Source of the DNA: Lachnospiraceae bacterium
GTDB lineage: Bacteria > Bacillota > Clostridia > Lachnospirales > Lachnospiraceae
NCBI GenBank assembly: GCA_051880415.1
Contig: JBJENX010000050.1
Span: forward strand, 2,594 to 66,593
Reading direction: 5' to 3'
Length of the DNA: 64,000 bases
Below the pieces are notes generated by a model. That model saw nothing but the letters and a program-made list of their open reading frames with translations, searched no databases and was not told the DNA's origin. Positions 57,785-64,000 of the stretch are shown in pieces (the first letter of the stretch is position 1; each line of letters begins with the position of its first letter). The translations under genes were made by a program, and so were the position numbers.

Positions 57785-59350
57785 ATGGAGATCGTTAAAT
57801 TTTATCAAGAACTAACAAATGCCTTTTGGGGAGAATATAGTTATCAGATATTATTTTACTTAAGTTTAATATTAATTTGGCTCTTGGAAAAAAATAATGA
57901 AAAAAAAGTAGGTGTTTTATGGTATTCTGTTTTTGTTTTCTTTATAATTTATAATCCGTTAATATACTACATTTCTCAAGTGTTTTTTACTAGAAAAAGT
58001 GGCTTGGTGGCGTATTACAGCAGATTGTTTTATTTGATACCGGCTATATTTATAATTGCATATGCGATGGTGTTAGTTTTAAAGCAAACTTCCGGTAGAA
58101 AAAAGGTTGTTTGTACAATGTTAATTATGGTAGTGCTTGCAATTGGCGGTCATAGTGCATATGGAGAAGATTGGTTTGTAAAGGCTCAAAATGTAAATAA
58201 AGTTCCTGAAGATGTAAAACAGGTGAGTTGTATGTTTCCGGGAGATGGTTTGATTTCGATTATGGCACCATCAGATTTGGTGCCATATATGAGACAGATT
58301 GATTCTAGATTTTCCATGCCATATGGAAGAGATGCGAGTAAGTTTACAATTAGTAATCAGCTCCAAAGTGTAGCGCCGGATGTCAATATGGTTTTAGACT
58401 ATGCAATTGAAACAAATACAGAGTATTTAGTGGTTATTTATAATGAAGAAGCCTTGAAATTATATATGCAACAAGGATGTGAAGTTATTGGCTATACGAA
58501 TCATTATGTTGTGATTCGGCAGCCTGGTTCCAAAATGTCGGATGGTTCGCAAGAAGCTACGGTTACACAATATTATGATGATTCTGGCTTGCAAGCCATA
58601 TTTTATACAATTGAGACGGAAACTGGGAAGTTGATTTTGATTGATGGTGGTAGTTCGGATAATGTAAAACAGGTTAGAACTGTAATTAATGATTTAGGTG
58701 GTACAGTGGATGCATGGATTCTTACGCATTACCATAAAGACCATGTGGATGCTTTTAACGACATATATGCTGACCCACAGGGAATTGTGATTAAACAGAT
58801 ATATGATTCTCCGATAGATTATGGCAAATATATAGAAGTTGCAAAAGAATGGGATTTCCCAGAATCGTATGAAAAGTATTTGGCAGTGACCAAAGATGCA
58901 AGTAATATTACTCACCTCAAGGAAGGGGATACATTGGATATTGATGGTTTGAGTATATATATTTTTGGCTCTTATGGTGATGTGGCTTTGGAGAATGGTT
59001 CTGGCGATATACCCAATAATGCATCATTAGTATTTAAAATTGCAGGAGAAGAAGATAGTATTTTGTTTTGTTCGGATTGCCATGATGCGTCTATGGCGGA
59101 TTATTTTATGGATAAATATACGAGTGAGGAACTTCATGCAAAATATGTGCAGTTGGGACATCATGGAAATAATTCATTTCCAACGTATTTTTATGATTAT
59201 GTGAATCCGGATATTGTACTGTTTGATAGTCCGGAATGGTTAATGACCGGAGAATCTTATTCCGCAAAAGATTTGAAAGAGTATTTTGAGGATAAAGATA
59301 TTATTTGTTTTGATTACACTACAGCACCAAATAAATTTGCAATTAAGTAG
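57785..59350 (+). CDS. Module B copy 2 fused to a C-terminal ComEC-type metallo-beta-lactamase-fold domain
   Basis: The N-terminal part is paralogous to 54770-55627. The C-terminal part has LILIDGG, THYHKDH (HxHxDH, nt 58727-58744) and VQLGHHGNNSF. Confidence 0.7.
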   Translation: MEIVKFYQELTNAFWGEYSYQILFYLSLILIWLLEKNNEKKVGVLWYSVFVFFIIYNPLIYYISQVFFTRKSGLVAYYSRLFYLIPAIFIIAYAMVLVLKQTSGRKKVVCTMLIMVVLAIGGHSAYGEDWFVKAQNVNKVPEDVKQVSCMFPGDGLISIMAPSDLVPYMRQIDSRFSMPYGRDASKFTISNQLQSVAPDVNMVLDYAIETNTEYLVVIYNEEALKLYMQQGCEVIGYTNHYVVIRQPGSKMSDGSQEATVTQYYDDSGLQAIFYTIETETGKLILIDGGSSDNVKQVRTVINDLGGTVDAWILTHYHKDHVDAFNDIYADPQGIVIKQIYDSPIDYGKYIEVAKEWDFPESYEKYLAVTKDASNITHLKEGDTLDIDGLSIYIFGSYGDVALENGSGDIPNNASLVFKIAGEEDSILFCSDCHDASMADYFMDKYTSEELHAKYVQLGHHGNNSFPTYFYDYVNPDIVLFDSPEWLMTGESYSAKDLKEYFEDKDIICFDYTTAPNKFAIK

Positions 59351-59390
59351 CGGGAGGATGTCAGTCTATGCTAATCCTTCCGCTATTATT
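59350..59390. terminator. Bidirectional terminator between convergent genes
   Basis: GCGGGAGGAT pairs with ATCCTTCCGC with one G-U pair. A T-rich tract follows. Confidence 0.6.
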
Positions 59391-59404
59391 GATTAAAATA
59401 TTTA

Positions 59405-60496
59405 TTAATTGTTAATTTGATAAAAATCTTTATACCAGTTTGTAAAATTTCTTAGCCCATCTCTTAAATTTGTATCTGGTTTAAATCCGTAATCTCTTTC
59501 CAGTGGATATGTATCCGCATAAGTAACAGCCACATCTCCCGGTTGCATAGCAACCAGTTCTTTATGAGATTCAAAATCATAGTCTTCAGGAAGAATACCT
59601 GAGTTGACAAGTTCTTCCTGAAGAATGGTCACAAAGTCTAATAAGCTCTCTGGATTGTTGTTGCCAATGTTATATAAGGCATATGGAGGAATGGGAAGTC
59701 CATCTTCGCCTTTTTTTCGTTCGGGAGCACCGGACATAACTCGCATAATACCTTCTACAATATCATCTATATAAGTAAAATCACGTTTACAGTTTCCATA
59801 GTTGAAAATCTGAATTGTTTCACCTTTAATGAGTTTGTTGGTAAATCCAAAGTAAGCCATATCCGGTCTGCCGGCAGGACCGTATACCGTAAAGAAACGG
59901 AGTCCGGTAGAAGGAATATTATAGAGTTTACTATAGGAGTGGGCCATTAACTCATTACTCCTTTTTGTAGCTGCATAGAGAGACACCGGGTGCTCTACTT
60001 TATCATCTGTACTGTAAGGCACTTTTTTGTTTGTTCCATATACAGAAGAGGAAGAAGCATACACAAGATGTTCCACCCCTTTTGCATGGTTGTCGTAGGA
60101 ATGACGGCATGCTTCCAGAATGTTGTAGAAACCTATTATATTTGAATTAATATAGACATCCGGATTTACAATGGAGTAACGTACACCGGCTTGGGCAGCA
60201 AGATTAACAACAATATCCGGTGTATGGTCAGCGAATATCTGTTCAATCACTGACTTATCAGAAATATCACCTTTATAAAAAATATACTTACTTTCAGGAT
60301 GTTCAGTCATGCATTTTTCAATTTCAGAAAGTCTCCATTCCTTGATGCTGACATCATAGTAATCATTCATGTTATCAATACCAATAATGGAAATGGGCGA
60401 TTGTGTTCTTAACAACTCTAGTACAAGATTGCTACCGATAAAACCGGCAGAGCCTGTTACAAATACAGTTTTATTCCGTAATTCAATATGATTCAT
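59405..60496 (-). CDS. NAD-dependent UDP-glucuronate 4-epimerase (Cap1J/Gla-like SDR)
   Basis: Has VFVTGSAGFIGSNL, ASSSSVYG and YAATKRSNE (YxxxK). ATG at 60496 follows GGAGAA; the ORF-track start is 60565. Confidence 0.85.
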   Translation of the reverse strand: MNHIELRNKTVFVTGSAGFIGSNLVLELLRTQSPISIIGIDNMNDYYDVSIKEWRLSEIEKCMTEHPESKYIFYKGDISDKSVIEQIFADHTPDIVVNLAAQAGVRYSIVNPDVYINSNIIGFYNILEACRHSYDNHAKGVEHLVYASSSSVYGTNKKVPYSTDDKVEHPVSLYAATKRSNELMAHSYSKLYNIPSTGLRFFTVYGPAGRPDMAYFGFTNKLIKGETIQIFNYGNCKRDFTYIDDIVEGIMRVMSGAPERKKGEDGLPIPPYALYNIGNNNPESLLDFVTILQEELVNSGILPEDYDFESHKELVAMQPGDVAVTYADTYPLERDYGFKPDTNLRDGLRNFTNWYKDFYQINN

Positions 60497-60515
60497 AATA
60501 TTTATTCTCCAGAGG

Positions 60516-61982
60516 TTAATCTCTTTTAAAAATATCGCGTGTATATACTTTGTTAGCGACATCATCTAAGCAGGCATCATATCTGTTTGCGATAATTGAT
60601 TGGCTCATTTTTTTGAATTTATTTAAATTATTAACTATCTTTGAACCAAAGAAGGTAGTTCCGTCTTCCAATGTTGGTTCGTAGATAATAACTGTAGCAC
60701 CTTTTGCCTTAATACGTTTCATGACACCCTGGATAGAAGATTGGCGGAAGTTATCGGAATTACTCTTCATGGTAAGCCGATAAATACCGATAACGACCTC
60801 TTTTTCTTTGTTTTTATCATAAAAACTATTTGCACCATAGGCACCGGCTAATTCCAAAACCCTGTCTGCAATAAAATCTTTTCTGGTGCTGTTGCTTTCC
60901 ACAATGGCACTCATCATGTTCTGTGGTACATCAGCATAGTTGGCAAGTAACTGCTTTGTATCCTTTGGAAGACAATACCCACCATAGCCAAAAGAGGGGT
61001 TGTTATAATGGGTTCCGATTCTCGGATCAAGGCAGACACCATTGATGATGTCCTGAGTATTCAATCCTTTCATTTCCGCATAGGTATCCAATTCGTTAAA
61101 ATAAGATACACGAAGGGCAAGATAAGTATTTGCAAATAATTTAACTGCCTCTGCTTCTGTATATCCCATAAATAGAGTGTCAATATTTGTCTTAATTGCT
61201 CCCTGACGAAGCAGGTCTGCAAATATATGGGCAGCTTCCTCGGTAGTTTCATCACAGGATACGATAATTCTGGATGGATACAGATTATCATATAATGCTT
61301 TTGATTCCCTTAAAAACTCAGGACTGAAGATGATATTTTGGGTGTTGTATTTGCTTCTGACACTTTCTGTATATCCAACGGGAATGGTACTTTTGATAAC
61401 CATAATTGCCTGAGGATTTACTTTAAGCACAAGCTCTATCACTGCTTCAACTGCAGAAGTATCAAAGTAATTTTTGTGGCTGTCATAGTTGGTTGGAGCA
61501 GCAATCACAACATAGTCTGCATTTTTATATGCATTTTCTCCATCTAAAGTAGCTGTTAAGTTAAGTTCCTTTTCGGCCAGATATTTCTCAATATATTCAT
61601 CCTGAATAGGAGAAATTCTCTTATTAATCATATCTACCTTTTCAGGAACAATATCTACAGCAGTAACATGGTTATGCTGTGCCAACAATGTGGCAATGGA
61701 TAACCCTACATATCCGGTACCGGCTACTGCAATATTCATAGGCTTAAGATTTGCAAAAATCTCTGTTGTTTCATCTTCATATATGTCTGCCGGGTCAAAA
61801 TCCAGAACTTCAGAAAGAAGGTCTAATTGTGGAATGGAAGGAATATAATCCCCCTGTTCCATACGGCTGATCATGGAACGGTTAATTCCTGTTTTATCAG
61901 ATATCTGTTGCTGGGTAAGGGATAATTCTTTGCGCTTGTTAGAGATTATAGCTGCTAATTTGTCTTTTGAAAACTTTCTCAT
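60516..61982 (-). CDS. ugd: UDP-glucose 6-dehydrogenase with N-terminal XRE-type helix-turn-helix domain (fusion)
   Basis: aa 1-70 read [38 protein letters not shown], an HTH_XRE pattern. From aa 82 the sequence reads [14 protein letters not shown]...GGYCLPKD. An AGGAGG RBS lies before 61982 and none lies before the internal Met. Confidence 0.9.
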   Translation of the reverse strand: MRKFSKDKLAAIISNKRKELSLTQQQISDKTGINRSMISRMEQGDYIPSIPQLDLLSEVLDFDPADIYEDETTEIFANLKPMNIAVAGTGYVGLSIATLLAQHNHVTAVDIVPEKVDMINKRISPIQDEYIEKYLAEKELNLTATLDGENAYKNADYVVIAAPTNYDSHKNYFDTSAVEAVIELVLKVNPQAIMVIKSTIPVGYTESVRSKYNTQNIIFSPEFLRESKALYDNLYPSRIIVSCDETTEEAAHIFADLLRQGAIKTNIDTLFMGYTEAEAVKLFANTYLALRVSYFNELDTYAEMKGLNTQDIINGVCLDPRIGTHYNNPSFGYGGYCLPKDTKQLLANYADVPQNMMSAIVESNSTRKDFIADRVLELAGAYGANSFYDKNKEKEVVIGIYRLTMKSNSDNFRQSSIQGVMKRIKAKGATVIIYEPTLEDGTTFFGSKIVNNLNKFKKMSQSIIANRYDACLDDVANKVYTRDIFKRD

Positions 61983-62133
61983 ATGGACCTCCTTGATAGG
62001 TGTATTGTGAGTAGAATGTTATCATATGACACAATATATGTCAATAATGAATGGTTTTGCGTTTGTTTGATGTTTTTAACAACGAACCGAAGAAAATAAA
62101 TTACTCATTGAAGGCAACCTATCATGTTGCTGA

Positions 62134-62346
62134 CTGGCACATAGAATTAATGTATCAATTAACACAGATGATATTGGAGTCTTTGATACTTCTTTAAGTA
62201 ATGAATATGCACTGTTATTAAGTGCGATTGTGAGAAAAAGACATCAAGAGAAAAATTATAATGATGAAGCTGTATATGAATATTTAGATTATTTAAGGCA
62301 GAATGGTTTAAATATGTCATTTGGAAATAATACATCTCTGTTTTAA
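62134..62346 (+). pseudogene. 3' remnant of an adenosine/AMP-deaminase-family gene
   Basis: A 70-codon open frame without a start reads LAHRINVSINTDDIGVFDTSLSNEYALLLS..., matching the C-terminal s.NTDD...EY signature of the adenosine deaminase family. An in-frame stop lies immediately upstream, at 62131. Confidence 0.55.
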
Positions 62347-62507
62347 GGTTAATTCAATGCCCTACCTGATTCATATTTGGATTGGATGGGGTATTTTTTT
62401 GCTTTACCTACACATATGCAAGTTACTTGATTTTCAAATACCATATATATTAAAGGAGTGGTGGTTGGAAGAGTTATTGGAAGTATAGAGTAAAGGAGAT
62501 GCTAATT

Positions 62508-62816
62508 ATGCCTAAGGATATATGTGAAAAAAAAGGAAAGTGGCCACAGTACACGTATTATATGTGTAAAGAAAATATAGTTCCAACAGATAGAATACAG
62601 AGAGAATCAGAGGTTTTTCGTCGGATTGAAACAAATGATAACAATTTGGATGAAGTAATACCTAAGGAGGGAACATTTTATATTCGACTTTCAAGTGCCG
62701 GCAATTTTAAGAGTGAGGACGTTGTTGAGATATACGAGCATAATAGAACTCGTGTAGGGAAATTCAGGATTGTAACAAAAAAGAGTGATATGTATTTGGA
62801 ATTAATACGTATTTAG
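62508..62816 (+). CDS. Small hypothetical protein
   Basis: ATG at 62508 lies 9 nt after AAGGAG. It is 102 aa long with no recognisable motif. Confidence 0.4.
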   Translation: MPKDICEKKGKWPQYTYYMCKENIVPTDRIQRESEVFRRIETNDNNLDEVIPKEGTFYIRLSSAGNFKSEDVVEIYEHNRTRVGKFRIVTKKSDMYLELIRI

Positions 62817-62882
62817 GATGAAACATGTAAAATAACCTTTTGAACACCACGCATTTGAAAAATTAAAGAGAAGGAGACTGTT

Positions 62883-64000
62883 ATGGCGAAAAATGGTGCG
62901 ACTGGTAATAATTCGAATGTAACAAATGGTGGTCTGCAGGAAGATAAACCGAAAACAAAAAAGAATGGTGAAGGTGAACCAAAAGAGGAAAGAAGTTTTC
63001 TTGATACGCTTTATGAAAATATAACTGATGTTATAGGTGGAGATAATCCCAATCAGTATTTTTGTATGACTCTGCCGGGAACTATTGTGAATCCATCAGA
63101 TTATCAATATGATGTGGAGGGCGAAAAACCGGCACATGTTAAAGCAAATGAGTCTAAGCTTGTAAATAAATTATTTGATGCCTGTTTTATGACGGCATCG
63201 GATAATGGAAGACAATTACAGAATCAGTATAGAACTGCATTAAATATGCTGTCCCCAAAGTTAAACAGGGATCTGTTTGAAATGAAAGTGAGACTCCGTG
63301 AGGTGCTTATGACACCATATCAATATGATTTTGGAAATGGTGTTGAGGACTCCATGACTTTGGAACAGGTGTTTTATCGTTTGTATAGTGATTATGTGGC
63401 GGCAAAAGCTGAATGGAATCAAAAGCAGATGGATAAAAAGGCGGAATTAAAGAGGACTATAATTGATCCCAATGAGCGTCGGGATGCTTATCTGGAGTGG
63501 TATGGTCTTGTAGCAGAAACAGAGAGGGTAATGCTTGAGGAAAAATTGGGAAAGGTTCTCAACGTATTTTCTCCCGGTGATATGAATATTATTAATGGGA
63601 TTCTTAATTGTGGTGTCGGTGGTGAGATTGAAAATGCCCGTTCTGCCATGGATATGGTGGAAGAATTAAGTCCGGATGGAGGTTATGTGTATCCGGTTAA
63701 TTTATATCCCAAAAACTGGTTTGATTTATTGGATTCTTCCTTTACCGGAGTAGATTTGCTTGAAAGTCCGGCTGCATTATCACAGAGGATGAAAACCCTT
63801 GAGATGCAAAGAAGCAATCTTATGCTGAATATTTCAAAACTAACATCAACCATACCGGACGATTCGGAGGTGGATGCTTTACAAAAAGCATATCAGGAGG
63901 CTGAAGATGCATTTCATACATTGGTAAATGAATGTGTGAATGCTAACAAGAATGCAACTGCAGATGTTGTAAAAGGAATCGTATCTTTATGTAGTAAAAA
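62883..64000 (+). CDS. Large hypothetical protein, N-terminal 372 aa (continues beyond the window; not in the ORF track)
   Basis: AAGGAG lies 6 nt before the ATG at 62883. The frame stays open to nt 64000. It begins MAKNGATGNNSNVTNGG...QYFCMTLPGTIVNPSDYQYD, with a disordered Lys/Gly-rich N-terminus followed by helix-rich sequence. Confidence 0.6.
   Translation, partial: MAKNGATGNNSNVTNGGLQEDKPKTKKNGEGEPKEERSFLDTLYENITDVIGGDNPNQYFCMTLPGTIVNPSDYQYDVEGEKPAHVKANESKLVNKLFDACFMTASDNGRQLQNQYRTALNMLSPKLNRDLFEMKVRLREVLMTPYQYDFGNGVEDSMTLEQVFYRLYSDYVAAKAEWNQKQMDKKAELKRTIIDPNERRDAYLEWYGLVAETERVMLEEKLGKVLNVFSPGDMNIINGILNCGVGGEIENARSAMDMVEELSPDGGYVYPVNLYPKNWFDLLDSSFTGVDLLESPAALSQRMKTLEMQRSNLMLNISKLTSTIPDDSEVDALQKAYQEAEDAFHTLVNECVNANKNATADVVKGIVSLCSK

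Noticed and set aside
61737-61742. Internal Met (aa 82) as the real start of ugd, with the HTH part a separate or spurious ORF
   Set aside because: No stop codon separates the two parts. No Shine-Dalgarno sequence precedes the internal ATG, while a strong AGGAGG precedes the ATG at 61982. The fusion call is kept but flagged for experimental verification.
1-64000. CRISPR arrays, tRNA/rRNA genes, IS elements with transposases
   Set aside because: I scanned for regularly spaced short repeats, cloverleaf-like GC-rich segments and transposase-like ORFs and recognised none. The only repeats found are the palindromic family and the 52-nt duplication reported above.

Overview
This window looks like a low-GC Firmicutes (Clostridia/Lachnospiraceae-like) chromosome segment. 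All domain calls below come from motif recognition by eye; no searches were run.

nt 1-20,100 is mostly housekeeping. It holds the 3' part of dnaG followed by sigA, trmK and a Nif3-family gene, then a TGS/uridine-kinase-family gene. RNase P RNA (rnpB) lies on the minus strand. Next to it is a small mobile-looking islet with an AP2-like protein, an ORF6N/KilA-N protein and a candidate type I toxin with a convergent antisense RNA. After that come a 3D-domain wall protein, thrC, a GNAT-methyltransferase fusion, queD-queE-folE-(300-nt structured spacer)-queC, a DAG/lipid kinase, an exported M15 (VanX-like) peptidase and glmM.

nt 20,143-61,982 is a ~42-kb, visibly more AT-rich glycan super-locus that appears to contain two assembly lines.

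(A) nt 20,143-38,917 is an ABC-transporter-dependent line. It has a WbaP-type priming transferase, a DUF1972/GT4 and a GT2, a Wzm-like permease with an unusual extracytoplasmic N-terminal domain, and a Wzt-like ATPase with a C-terminal cap-binding-type domain. It also has two paralogous dual-GT2 polymerase-like proteins, a CsbB/GtrA/YfhO-type extracytoplasmic glycosylation module and two O-acyltransferases. The most notable part is a methyltransferase followed by a kinase-like/coiled-coil/dual-GT2 fusion, which resembles a WbdD-style capping ruler joined directly to the polymerase.

(B) nt 39,106-61,982 is a Wzx-dependent line. It has PglF/PglE/PglC-like genes without an N-acetyltransferase (predicting a 4-amino-4,6-dideoxyhexose primer), several GTs, an AsnB-like amidotransferase, an FkbM methyltransferase and an alpha/alpha-toroid-like protein. 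It also has a tandemly duplicated two-gene membrane module, one copy fused to a ComEC-type MBL domain, plus a UDP-GlcA 4-epimerase and an HTH(XRE)-Ugd fusion.

The right edge holds an adenosine-deaminase-family gene remnant, a small unknown ORF, and a large unknown ORF that runs off the window and is absent from the ORF track. A family of long imperfect palindromic intergenic elements recurs at about 9.1, 11.8, 13.7 and 15.5-15.8 kb. No CRISPR array, rRNA or tRNA was seen.
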